From Penicillus capitatus (Eukaryota; Plantae; Chlorophyta): a stretch of 64,000 nucleotides of DNA. The notes beneath the pieces are model-generated. The model had not been told where the DNA came from, searched no databases, and saw only the letters and a program-made list of their open reading frames with translations. This document shows positions 1 to 13,159 of this stretch, piece by piece (position 1 is the stretch's first letter; each line of letters begins with the position of its first letter). Both the position numbers and the translations under genes were made by a program. Location of the stretch: positions 1,849,288-1,913,287 of the forward strand of contig OZ287695.1 of NCBI GenBank assembly GCA_965649825.1. The letters are read 5' to 3'.

Positions 1-275
1 TCACAGAGCAGTCTCTGACAAAAACCGATGCTCTATATCGACGGGAGAAGAGATCACAGAACCGCTGGTCTCCAGAACGGAAGAGAACAAAATACAGCTT
101 CCTGGCAAGCTCGTTTTACCTCATTAAAACGCATCAGAGTTGATGACAATGCACAAACATACTGAGATGTCACATCACTAACTGACAAGACAGCGCAGCC
201 AACACACATCTGAACCCTCGCCTCTCTAGTCATGTCCAAAAATCGAGTTGACGATTTCGGAGAAGAAAGGAGCTC

Positions 276-2074
276 CTAGCCAGCAGTGATGTGACAATCC
301 GTCCCATCAATGACACCCAGAGAAGGCGGTATACCGTCGACGACTAAGCTGTCGTCGACTTCGTTGAAGAGTTCAAAAAATGCTTTGAAGTGCTGGTAGC
401 TGTGATGGATATCATCCACTCCGCACATTTCGCGAATACTGTGCATGGAGAGCTGTGGAACGCCGACGTCTACGGTACGGCAGCCAAGATTCGATGCCAA
501 GATAGGACCGATGGTGGAGCCACATGGCATGTCACTGCGCACACTGAAATGCTGGCACGGAATACCCCGTCTCTTTCCCACCTCACTGCACAGTATCATG
601 CACAACGGCAGCCATTAGAGAAAGAGGGAACGGAACGCACATGAAGAGAGCAGCCGAAACGAGGTTTGTGGCGTAACGCTGGTTGACGTTTGTCTTGACC
701 ACCAGACCGTCGTGGATCGTGGGAGACTGATGGGGATCGTATTTCTCCATGTAATTTGGATGTCTGGCGTGGGCCATATCAGCCGAAATGAGAAAACTGG
801 AGGCTAAGCAACGTTCCACGGCATCCAGTTCGCCTTTAGAGAGGGTCTTGGTCACACGTGTGATCGTATCGCGCATGATCGGTCCTCCGGCTCCCTGAGC
901 AGAAGCGGAACCGACTTCCTCGTGATCGAACAGCGCAACGGCACGGATTCGATCTTCGGATGCCAGAGCGTCTGCCGAGTCACACGCATCGATCAGTGCT
1001 CGTAAGGAACAGTAACTGGAACAGAGGTTGTCCAATCGGCCGACAAACAGAAATTCGTCGGCAGCTCCGCCGACGACGCCATCTTGCGTATCGCAAAGAT
1101 GCAATTCGAAATCCACGATGTCTGCCGCATTGCATCTAGAGAGCAGTTCTGTGATGACAGGGAGAAAGTGCCTGCTTCACATTCTACCCCAGTTCTTTGG
1201 CAAGCAGCTCCAGCAACATGGGGTGGTGCTTTGGATTCGCCGATTTTGCATTTCCATTTTCCTGCGGCACCGGGCCGTTCTGTTGTTTGCACAGTTCTGT
1301 CTTGGCAGCCGTCGCCAGAATTGGTGCCAAGTGCTCCTGTGCATTTGGCTTGAATCCATCCGTGCGGATACCTGAGTCGAGGAACAGAAACGGGATGGTT
1401 GGTGGCCCCGTAACCGCACATGCGGGGCAGAACAAATGCATGGCGGGTACCTGCCTGGGTAGAGATGGATGGCGAGCATCGGAATTCGCAAAATCGGTTT
1501 TTGAATACGGACAAGACGATGCACCAGCTTCCCACCAGCTTCTCTCACCAGCACACGACCAGCTACCGACAGATCACGATCGAACCATGTGTGCCACAAT
1601 CCACCGCCATAAGGCTCCGCGTTTGTCACCAAATAATCCCCCTTGCTACGCGTGGACTTGGGTTTCAGCTTCAGGCAAGGACTGTCCGTGTGTGCGCCGA
1701 TCATGTTGAAACCATTGCCGGGTTTGTAACGTGCTCCGACGGAAAAGGCCACTAAGGTCGACTGGTTGCGCGTGAAAAAATACCTTCAAACAGAGACGTC
1801 GAGGCCGAGGTCTGACGTTAGGAACCGTGCACTACTTTCCCCCCGGTGCGATCTTCCACGCATCTTTTTCGGAGAGATGCTGGAACCGCGCAGAAGAAAG
1901 CATTTTGCCCGCTTCATCGACGGCATGAAAAGGCGTCCACGCTTTGTTGATGAATTGCAACAGGTCTACTGCTATGCGCGACGACATCGTTCTTCGTCTT
2001 CTCTGCAAGCTTCTTGCAAAAAACTGCAATATCGGTGCGCGCACCGGCAAAAAGCGTATTACAATCGACGACAT
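276..2074 (-). CDS. DNPEP: Aspartyl aminopeptidase (peptidase M18), 5 exons, probable N-terminal transit peptide
   Basis: Motifs [86 protein letters not shown]. Four introns restore the frame; one (1454-1372) has a GC donor. Start codon is approximate. Confidence 0.92.
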
Positions 2075-3660
2075 TTGAGATTTGACGTGTCGCGTGAATG
2101 ATGGATGTCCTGGAGGGTTCATCGCAGAGATGGCCTTTGCCAAAAGAGGGAGTGGTGTTCACTGTTGCTAGCTGCAAAGCCAGCTTGGGATTCCTGCAGT
2201 CCCAGTGAGTAAACGGGGATATGACCCTCGCTCGTGTGCGTATCATTGGCATCATGAGAAATGTAGACTTACTGTTAACGATGAATGACAGAAAGTTGTT
2301 GCGTTATTGATTGGCCCAACGAAATCTCCGTGGAAGAAAAGTCATGTTTCTGTGTGATGCACTTGAGTCTCTTCTCAATGTTTTGCATCTGGAGGATTTC
2401 AGGATCAGTGTGATTCCCGAATAGATGTCTGCTTAATAACCAATACGCTCATGTGGAAGAAGGTTTTTCTCAGATGAGCATCAGCAAGCACGAGAGAGCT
2501 GGCGAATGAGAAAAGGGCTGCTTGGATGATGCGAGATTCGAAGGCAACGAACAGTAAGAAGTGTAAACAACCTACTTTTCTTGTACCTCGAGATCTGCTT
2601 TCGTGGAATGATGCCATTGTAAAAGACTTTCATTTTGCTTCTGCCAACAGAGATCGTTATGCTATATGGCAGCAGAGATGAGATAACGACGGCTGTGATT
2701 TTGATACGCGGTAGCTCAAGTTCACAAAAATGTGTGAACGTTTGTTTTCTTCTCTTTCATTCTACCTGGAGTGTGGCAATGTGAACAACGAACATTCTAA
2801 AAACTCGATCCTCCCAGACTCGATCCGAATTTTGCTCACCGGGCAAGATCCAGATGAGCACATAGGTAGCGCACGGATTTTGAGGTAGGACTGCCACTAA
2901 ATAAAATCTCGCCGAGTAAAAAACATTAGGGCAGCATAGCCGACAAAGCTCGAGTTTCTTGCTTTGAACGGCAAGATGCCTTGTTTGGATTCGTATGAAC
3001 GTCACAACATTAACGTTGGACGCTGGAAAGATAGAATGGATAGCAAGAGAGTTTGTCATTTGTTGCCTACCTTTCCGTACATCGACCAAGGATGCATTCT
3101 CTCAGTCATCGGCGCCAACCTTATTGGATTGGGTTGAGCTTCACCAAAGGAACGAAAAGCTAAGTATCGCGTATGACGATTAGGAAGCCATCCTGCTCAT
3201 ACGAATGTTTACCAGATCAGACCGCGATCGTACGTTGGTTAGTTCATCTAATTAGTGCACCTGGCACAATACCCCCACTTCTAAGTATCCCCCCGAAAAT
3301 ATCGATGCTTCTCATAACATGCTGTTACTCTTTACATTCCCCCAGTAATTATTCCTCTAAGTAATAAATAGAGCCCACTCATCAGACAGATACCATTAAT
3401 CAGAACCACGGCGCGTGTCGCGAACTGATCATCGATGGAGTGGGTGCGTCACAGAGGCAGGTGGAGTGAATCGGATCTATTAATATAGTTCCTTCCACGT
3501 TGAGTAGAATCTGAAAGAGTCGACACAGCATAATAAGGGTGCGACGCATGACGTCGCCGCAGAAATCTATACAATGAGAAAGCATGAAACCTTCGTAAGG
3601 CATGCACTAATGACAAGCAGGAAAATAAAATGGCAGACGGTGTCGTGCCGTTGTGGCATA

Positions 3661-6600
3661 TTAGATCTGAAATACTGATGGTCTTGTCCCAAGTTCTTCA
3701 GCGGTAACGCCTGTCGTTCTCAAGATGATGTCGCGCAGCGTCACAGTGTTGTCAATGATGGACTGCACTCTCGGAATGCTTTCGACGAGAATGGGAGCGA
3801 ATGTGAGACCCGTGTAGAAGAACCGATCGCCATCTCTGCAAACAGAACATACGTGAGATATACATGCAACGACGAGTGGAGAGAGAGGTACCTGGAACGT
3901 ACGAACTGTTCGGCAACGATGGTACTGAATGTCTCTCCCAGTTGACCACCATTCACTTCAACCTCGACCATGCCACCGAAGAAGGAATCGACGATTTCCA
4001 CATCTCCAAAGTAGACTTCCGATGCGAGATCTGCAAGATTTGGATCGGCCACGAATTCGGAGAAGCTGGTGTAGGGTGTCAGGCCAAAGAGCGCACGGAT
4101 GTCGTTGAACTGTGGCAGACCCAAATCGCGAGCACGATTGATGTTGAAGGCCATGAGATCAAAGAGCGGAGGATCGACTGTGCCACTTGGGAAATCGACA
4201 ACCAAGAAGGTACGCAGTTCATCAACGATCTTGTTGTCGAGTTCCTTGCACAAATGCCACGCGCCACCTCTGACAAATGGGTCAATGCCGTCAGCGCCGA
4301 AGAGTTCTGGCGAGAAGAAGACATCTCTGACGGGGATGAGCTCCATATCTGCCGTTTCCTTTGGTCCTGGACCCAATCTGAGGACATTGGTTCCCACGAG
4401 GGAGTGTCCAAAGCGGAAGGCAGAGGTGGTGAAGATGGCAGTGACGGTGGCATCGATAGTCGGATCATAGACAAAGTCCAATGGACTTGGTGCCCCTGTT
4501 CCGAGCAGCAGTGGAAGCCACTCTGTGTACACAATGCATTGATACTCCGCAATGACGATGGCCCTTGCGATCTGGTACAGTGATTCATCATCGAAATTGG
4601 GGAAGGCGACGGCCAACTCTCTGGCCACTGAGTTGTGTTCTCTGAGGAAGAGGACGTGCATGGACTGCAGGAGGATCTGCTCATTGGATCTGGAATCTCC
4701 AGCCACAAAGAATTCGCTGTCGGTGTTGGGACCGTTTTCCACGGTGGTGCCCAAGAATCCGTCTTCCAATGATCCAGGTCCATTGAACGGAGGGAACTCT
4801 CCAGGCGAGAGAGCCAATTCACCGTCAACGAAGGAACGGAGGAATCTTGCACGGATGAAGTCCACACCGTAGATCTGTGAGCCATCAAGGAAGGATGAGT
4901 GCAAGTTGAGCTGTGTCGGCACGGGGCTGTCTTCGACGAACTCCGCTCTCGTGAATTCAAGTTCGGGTCTTACGAAAAAGAAATCATCAGCTGGAACTTC
5001 GATGGGGAATGAGATCTCAATCTCTGGCGTACGACCGAGTCTTCCGAACCCTGGCTGATCCGCATTGATCTGCGAGAGAGGGCTGAGACCGTAATCGTGA
5101 TCAATGAACTGAGCGAAGGTGAAGAAGAGATCTGTCAATCCCTCGGGATTTTCCAGAACATCATCTCTGGCTGGCAAAAGAACGCATCCGGCTGGATCGA
5201 AGAGACGGTTGGTGTCTGCTCCGCAAGGATCTTCTTCAATGTCCAAGGATCGTTCACCTGAGCACTTGAGGCGGATATCGATGTCGCAGGTTGGAGATCT
5301 GTACTCAAAGACGAGATCCTCACAGGGATTCGTGCCGAATCCAGAAAACGGGACAACCGTTGTTGTGCCATCAGCGGCGACAATCTCGACAGAGTCAAGG
5401 ATGTTGACAGTGATGGTGGTCTCTCCAACCGTCGCCGTGGCAACTTCACCTGCTAGTGAAGCAGCATTCCCTTCAAGAACACTGATACCAGGACCTATCA
5501 TACACAGCCATGATCACAATAGGGACTCCCGCGGCGTCGGCGCTCACTTGTGGTGAAGAGGTTGTTGCTGATGAATCGGGGACTGATATCTGTGGGTCCT
5601 GCAGGGATGGATGGATCTCCACCCGGATAGGCTGGATCGGTGCCTCCCAATCTCGCCAGTCCCATCGCTGCCGATGCCCTTTCTGGATCCTCCAAGTTGT
5701 TGCAGTCTCCCTCGATCGTCCTGATATTCAGCGCAGAGGTGCAGAGGTTTCCGAATTCGGCCTCAAGACTCGTCAAGATCTCGAAGAAAAGTGCCTCAAT
5801 CGAACGGATGGCGATAAGGATGTCTCCGCCGATGGCAGTGATGTCACCAACAGTCGCGGGTCCCCAGCCGAGTTCAATGTTGTTGGCGCCTGGGGTGAAG
5901 CCAACGGTACGTACTTGGACATACAGTTCGGTGCCAGTGAAATCGAATCCAGGGAAGATATCGGGAGAGACCTCTGTGAACTCGTAGACGATGTAGAGGA
6001 ACTCATCCGACCTTGCAATTTCCGTGAGAATGGCTACATCACCGCTTCTGGATGTCAGAGAGACGAAGTTGGCCCCGGCGGCATCAACGCCACTTGTGAC
6101 AGTTGCACGTCCCACCAGTCCGATGGCAAAGACGCCTCCCAGATCGAGTTCGTCGAAGAGGAAGACCGGGTCTGGCTCGGCTACGTCAGTGGCGACAATG
6201 GTAAGCCATATGCCGTCTGGACGAGGAAGGGTCGCTTCTGGAAGGACGGTGAGAGGCACGTCTTCTGTTCCTGCTGCGATGGCCTCGGCTGTCGCCTCAG
6301 CTACCGGATCGGCACCGGCGACCGGGGTAATCAACGAGAAGCCAGGGGATGAGGTCGCAACAACATCGCCTTTACCAAACACATAGTCATGCGCGTTTTT
6401 TGCGCCGGCGACCTTACTTTCTGAAGACGCAGACGCGGAAACGACCGTTTCGCCGTTGACGATGGCCTCCGCCGTTGCTATCGTCGATCCGTTGCCTGAC
6501 ACCGAGACGCCCACCCCTCCGTCAATGGAGACGGGTCCATCTGTAGTCGCACTGAAATCCAAGGTCGCCGCACCGGTACCAGGAACTGCGACGGCGAGGG

Positions 6601-6757
6601 CGCTGCAAAAGTTTTGAAAGTCGATGTCCGATATATCAACGGCAGCCGTAGCAAAGCCGACCGCCACTGCGCTACACGGCGCAAAGGCCCGCGCCACTGC
6701 CTCCGTCGAGACAGCGAAGGACAACAGGAGCACTGGAAGTACTGCGAGTAGAGACAT
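3661..6757 (-). CDS. Secreted heme peroxidase (peroxidase-cyclooxygenase/'animal' superfamily), acidic paralog 1, 3 exons
   Basis: Signal peptide MSLLAVLPVLLLSFAVSTEA; EGDCNNL; distal FAQFIDHD; GDSRSNEQ; proximal SAFRFGHS; NINRARDLGLP; SR|DGDRFFY across an intron near 3.9 kb; a second intron near 5.5 kb. Confidence 0.9.
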
Positions 6758-8412
6758 GGGAAAGTTACGTTGGACTCGACTTTGGACACCTAGACACATG
6801 CATGGCGTTTCCTCCGTCAACTGACCATCCGAGGCACTAGGTTACCTTTCTTGACCATTGAAGAAGTTACAAAATGAACTTTTACGTTGAGGCGAGAAAC
6901 GCGCTCACTTATATACCACAGAATGAAGCTCGTATGAAGACATGACGTGATATGAGATATAACGAGGAGGAAACGAACGGTGAGGTTCAAGTGAGGAAGT
7001 TATACAGGTACGCTTCGGGGTAGCTGCCGCGGTGCATTTTAAGTTCACATGGACATTGGGTGAACAGCGACCATAGAAATAAAGGCAGGACGCGGAGTTA
7101 ACCCCTCCCTGCGGTTTCATGACTCTTGGCTTTTCATCCCTTTCCTGCCTTACAGTGCAAATTCTAAACTTAAAGCGCCTCCTGCAGCGGTGTGTTGAGG
7201 TGACGTTTGGTGGAACGTGACCGCTGGCTGAGAAAACTGATCTTCACAGACACCGCGTCTAGCTTCGCCTAGAAACACGCTTTCACTTTCGCCGAGGCGC
7301 GCGTAGAAAAGGCAGCTGACGTGGTTCCTACGATTTTCCAGATCTCTCACAGCTGGCTTTCGCTTTGCTGCCTTCTAGATGTTGCATCGGTGGCCTAGCC
7401 AGCGATGCCTTGGAGGTAGTCATTAATGGCATTTCAGAGCACGGTGTCTAGATGTCCAGCGAGGCATAATTCGGCTTGTGCCGTGTCTCAAGGCGTCTTA
7501 ATCCTCGGCCTTGTCTTCGCGAAAAGGCTTCTTCGATTTTTACGGCGGTTGCCGAGAACAGGCGTAAACCGCTGTCACGCTTTGGGCTCCCTTAAGTAGA
7601 GCTGCGCGATCTTTAAGCGTTTCTCTTTCTCCGGCGCGCCATGGCGCTTCCTTGGTCGGCAGTTTTCTTCGGTATGAGGAAAATTCGCATGTGTGGACGG
7701 AAAGACAGGAAGGCGACTGCATGAGAACGTACCATGCTGAGTCAGATGCCTCGACGCATGGAGGTGTCTATCAACACCGAACGCCCAAACTCACGTCCGA
7801 ACAGGCAGTAAAGACGCGTTCTCCCGTCGAAGCGCCTTCTCCTGTCCGATCGCGTCGCTCGTTAACCCTCAATCAAATCCGTTTCCCGTCGAAGGACCTA
7901 CCTCGCACGAGGCATCCATCACTCGACCACAAGATTCTGAAAAAAAAGCACGCGCGGGCTATTATCGTCTGCGTTTTCGGTTGTCTAGAAACGAGAGTGC
8001 ACGAGACAGCCTATGGCTTTAACAACCAAAGAGTCGGACAGACATCACAAGACACCGAGATTCATGTCTGTCCTCTTCTCTCCCATACAATCACACAGAC
8101 CTCGCATAGCGGCGGCATAAGATAAGCAAGACACCAGCCATATAGCTGCATCTTTGTTGCAGTCGCCAAAAGCCGTGATCTCATGCAGCTGATCACACAC
8201 ATGTGTCAACGGGGGCGGATAATGATTATTTCTCTATCAGAATCCTTCCCTAAACGTTTCATAATATGTAAATCAGAAAAGCTGTTTGAACGGCGAATAA
8301 TAATGCGAACAAATCAACGAGAGACGAGTCGCGTATCTAAAATGTGATGTGGCGTGTGAAAAAATAGGACGGATTCGATTATTGGACTTGACGTAAGGCG
8401 GAAGTACAGGCG

Positions 8413-11336
8413 TTAGACTTTGAAGACAGAAGGCCTTGGCCCGAGCTCTTCAACCGTCATCTCGCTGTTGCGTGTGAGTATCTCAGTAAGTTTGACTTTT
8501 CCAGTCATGATCGCTGTGATTCTTGGGTATTTCTCCACCAGGACTGGATCCCATTTTAGTCCCTTGAAAAAGAAGCGATCGCCATCTCTGATACTGCAGA
8601 ACTGTTTTTGGATGATCGTATGGAATGTTTCTCCGAGGAGCGATCCTGGAAGGGGCTCTTCGGCAAACCCACCGTAAAGGGAATCGCATTGATCCACATC
8701 GCCTTCGTACACATCATCTGAAACGGCAGCCAAGTGGTCGTCTTGGATGAAATCTGAAAAACTGTCATAAGCTTGAAGGCCGAAGAGCTCTCTCATATCA
8801 TTGAACATGGGAAGTCCCATGTCTCGACCACGTTGAATGTTGAGTGAGACTAGATCCATATGTCCCTTGTCTTCTTCGTCTTCTATAAAAAGAAAATTGC
8901 GCAATTCGCTCACGACCTTGACATCGACTTCTTTGCAGCGATGCCAAGCACTCCCACGTAGATAATCATCAATTCCTTCATCTTGCACCACCTCCGGTTT
9001 GAAAAAGAGATGTCTGAGCGGGACACGTTCAAGAGTGGCATTCACTCTGGGTCCGGGGCCCAATTTCCAGAGATAACTACCGACCATGGTGTGTCCGACT
9101 CTGAAAGCGGATGTCGAAAAGACGGCCATGATTGAGCTATCCGCCATGGAATCGTACACGTATTCAGTTGAGGAGCAAACGCCTTCGCCCAACAAGAGCG
9201 GCAACCATTCGTCATAGAGAATACTCTGATACTCGGCAATGCAAATGGCCCGTGCTGTCTGGTAGACTTCTTCGTCGGACCAATCAGGAAAGAGTGCCGT
9301 GAGCTCGTCGCAGACGAGATTGTGCTCGCGTATCCAGACAATGTGCATGGCCAAGAGCAAGGTCTGTTCGTTACCACGGATGTCGCCCACGGCAAAGAAC
9401 TTGTCCTCGGCGTCGGGTGCGTTATCGATTTTGGCCCCCAGTGCTCCTGGTCCTTCGATCTTGTTGTAAGGGGGTAGATTTCCTTCGGACACTTTGAGTC
9501 TGCCTCCACTGTATGTACGTAGAGCGCGTGCTCGAAGGTAATCCACACCGTAAACTTGCCCAAGATCTGCGTAGGCGGAATGCTGATTCTCATGGAGACC
9601 AAGGCGGCGATCATTTAGCAGTGTTGTACGCTCGAACTCCAGTTCGTCTTCCTTCATAAAGAAATCATTCTCCGGTACATCGATTGGGAGCTCCTCTGTC
9701 GTCCCCGGGCGGCTGATCTTCGAAAACCCTGGCTGTTTTTTATCGGCCAATTGAGTAACGGGGGTCAATCCAATGTCGTGATCGACAAACTGTCCAAATG
9801 TCCAGAACAGATCTGTCAGATTCTTGCTGTTTGCCAGGACGTCATCCTCGCCAGGTCCAATGGTGCACGCGAGTGGATGGAAAAAGAGATTTCCTTTGCT
9901 GCCACAGGGATCTTCTTGGAGCAACAGACCAGACGCGCCGTGACAGGTGAGCACCAAATCCAGTTGACAGGAAGCTCCTGTAAAACGCAGCTCCAGTGAT
10001 TTATCTGGCAGAGCAGCGTAGCCATCCCATTCCAGTTCCAGTAGCTCATCCCCCCTTTTCAGTGTTGCCGAGTCGAAGGGACACACAAGCCAGGTGCCGT
10101 CCGCCTCCTTTGCTCTCACACAGTCTCCCTTGAGTTTTTCGGCATTGGCTTCCAGAATGGCGATTCCGGGACTGTGCGCGAAGAGTTTATTGCTGATTTC
10201 TCTAGGACTGATGTGAACAGGGCCAGAAGGCTTCGTGGGATCTCCGTTTGGAAACGAAGGATCCATTCCACCCAGGCGCAGCAAAGCGTGTCCAGCAGCA
10301 CCTCTCCGAGGATCGCCGAGGTTGTTGCAATCACCCTCAATGCTACGAACATTCTTACCAGTGGCACAGGATACCCCAAACCTCTTCTCCATATTCTCCA
10401 ACTGCAGCACAGAAATGCATCGCAATGCTCTTCTCTGCAGGATACACGCACCCATTCCTGTCCGAGCGACCCAACGAGGAGCACAGCCACGGCAGAGGGG
10501 CCATCGACTGGTCCTTTCCAGCCAAATGTAATAACCGTCGTATCATCCGGTGTCGGGATAAATTGAAGGAACAACTCCGATCCGGATATGTCGATTCCGG
10601 GGAAGACATCGGTCGTGTGAGATTCGATGGTGACACGATGATAGTTCTTCTTATTATTGGTTTCTGTTACCACAAACGTAATCTGCTCATCGTTGTGCAG
10701 CTTCACGAGCCATTTCTTCCCTTTACTGTCCAGCGATTTTAAATCCTTCCCAAATCTGTCTAACCCATAGAGCAGGCAGTTTCTAAACAGCAGCCATCGC
10801 ATCCCGTCCAGTGGGAAAACAATCGCACCCGAAGTTGCGCATGATAAACCATGCCTCATGTGCCGTCTCTTCGATCTTGGCGTCTATGAGGACAGCCCAT
10901 GATCCAGCTGGACGCATGTCTGTCGCAATAGTGATAGATGCATCGCCCTCCTCGTCGTCTCCTCCAGGAACGCGAAACGGAAGGTTCGCTCTTACTCTTC
11001 GCTCTCCCGTAGTGCTGGTCGTCGTAGCTGCAGACAGCGACGGGTGAACAACGATAGACACAATCAGGCTTCAAAGATCGCGCGCTCACTGGTCGTGGTG
11101 GAGTCGATAGAGGTTGTTGTTGTTGTCGTGGACGAAACAAAAGCAGCAACGTCTGCGTCGTCGCATCCTTCCCCAAACACAGATTCACCAACAATTCTAT
11201 CTTCGAGTCCCGCTCGAATGACAACGCTGCTCTCGGCAACGGAGCATCGTATCTGCGGCGCGGCCAATGCGCATGACAGAAAGCCAAACGCTAAAACGAG
11301 CGCCGCCCAGCGAGGGACGCAGCGCGTTAACTCCAT
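8413..11336 (-). CDS. Secreted heme peroxidase, paralog 2, 4 exons
   Basis: Signal peptide MELTRCVPRWAALVLAFGFLSCALA; EGDCNNL; FGQFVDHD; GDIRGNEQ; SAFRVGHT; NIQRGRDMGLP; RDGDRFFF. Three GT-AG introns in the N-terminal part. C-terminus (ELGPRPSVFKV) is homologous to paralog 1 (ELGTRPSVFQI). Confidence 0.9.
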
Positions 11337-11885
11337 GCGAAATGCGGCGAGGAGAAATGGATATCTTTTAAGAGGGGTTGTGAGAGGCCTGTCTATGGCC
11401 CTTGGTATAATCACTGTTCACGAGAATAAAGCTGACACCGTCAGAGCAATTCAGAAACCAGTACAGCAGTGCTAATTTTATAGCAGAAGGAAGAACAAAG
11501 GGAAGAACGCGATGGTGAAGATCAGCGTCGTTCGTGCAGTTGAGGTAGCCGTCGCTTCAGCCGTCACACGTGGCACGTATTGAATCCTATCAGACGCGGG
11601 CGCCATGCAGCCCGTCGGAATTCCGGCGTCGGGTCGCAGGGCTGGATGCCATCCGCACAAACAAACACGTCGCAGAAAAACCGTGAGCGGCACCTGAAAA
11701 GACGTCGCTGTCTCAGAGATCTCTCCTAGGCCTTAAGAGTCAGAGCCGAAGCGCGTCGCTTTGGAAATGGAGGCCGTAGCCTGAATGGCGTCAACATCGC
11801 TCCAAACGGCAAGCCCATTTTGAGTCTGCCTGGATGGGAAGATAAGAACGGGCACATCTCGACCATGCCCTTGACTTTGACGTCC

Positions 11886-13097
11886 ATGCCTCAATTTCCC
11901 CTCAGCAAACTGAAACTCTTTTCGGGATCGGCCAATCCCGTTGCGCGCCGACCTCGTTTCTACCTCGTGTATGAGATGCATCCCTTGTAGAGTCTCTCTC
12001 AAGAGGTGGCGCATTATCTGGGAATGAATTTGGGGGCGATCAAGACCAAGAGATTTGCAGATGGGGAGATCTATGTTCAAGTACAGGAGTCCATTCGCGG
12101 CTGCGATGTCTTTTTGATCCAACCCACCTGTCCTCCTGTCAACGATCATCTCATGGAACTGCTGGTCATGATCGACGCCTGTCGTCGTGCCTCGGCCCGT
12201 ACCATCACACCTGTGATTCCTTACTATGGGTCTGTGCTCATGAACCTGCGTCGAATGGAGGCGGCGAGATGGTGATAGGTATGCACGGGCGGATCGGAAG
12301 AATCTCGGACGAGAATCTATCGCTGCTAAACTGACGGCGAATCTGCTGACAGAGGCGGGGGCACATCGCGTGTTGGCTGTCGATTTGCACTCCGGCCAAT
12401 GCATTGGGTATTTTGATATTCCTGTGGATCACGTTTATGGAGATGTTGTCCTGTTGGACTACCTCGCGTCCAAACGCATCACCAACGGCACCTCCCTTGC
12501 ACCAGAGATCCTCTGCCTTTGAAGAGAGATTTGTGTTCAGGCGATCTGGTGGTGGTGTCTCCAGACGTGGGCGGTGTGGCGCGAGCTCGTGCCTTTGCCA
12601 AGAAACTCAATGACGCCCCACTAGCCATCGTCGATAAGAGAAGGCGCGCATCCATGCTCCGAGGCATGATCCAGAATGCGTTTGTGTGTGCAGGTCTGCG
12701 CACAATGTGTCCAATGTCATGAATCTGATTGGAGATGTCCACGATAAAGTGGCCGTTTTGGTGGATGACATGATCGACACGGCCGGAACGATCACCAATG
12801 CCGCAAAGGCTCTTCAGGAGAATGGCGCCCGTGAGGTCTATGCATGTTCGACCCATGCCGTTTTCAGTCCACCCGCTGTGGAGCGCCTCTCGAGCGGCGT
12901 CTTTCAAGAAGTGCACATCCCATTGTCCGCACCGCAGGAGGCAGCATATGTCTTAGGTCATTGTGACGAACACCATTCCTGTGAGAGACGAGAATCTCTT
13001 TCCAGAGCTCACCGTCCTTTCCGTGGCCAATCTGTTAGGAGAGACCATCTGGCGTGTTCACAATGCCGCATCTGTCGACGCTTTGCGCCCGGGATGA
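11886..13097 (+). CDS. PRS: Ribose-phosphate pyrophosphokinase (class I PRPP synthetase), 6 exons; possible upstream transit-peptide exon not resolved
   Basis: [54 protein letters not shown]. Introns at 11940-11990, 12230-12278, 12488-12540 (GC), 12644-12693 (GC), 12911-12956. Confidence 0.95.
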
Positions 13098-13159
13098 GGA
13101 TGTCTCCCATTAATGCTATGCATTTAAAGTCGTCGCTGTCGTCGAGTGGCTATTGTATC

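Noticed and set aside
3864-6352. Long + strand ORFs (3864-4583, 5510-6352) and similar antisense ORFs over other genes
   Set aside because: They are shadows of the codon-biased peroxidase on the opposite strand and contain no motifs.
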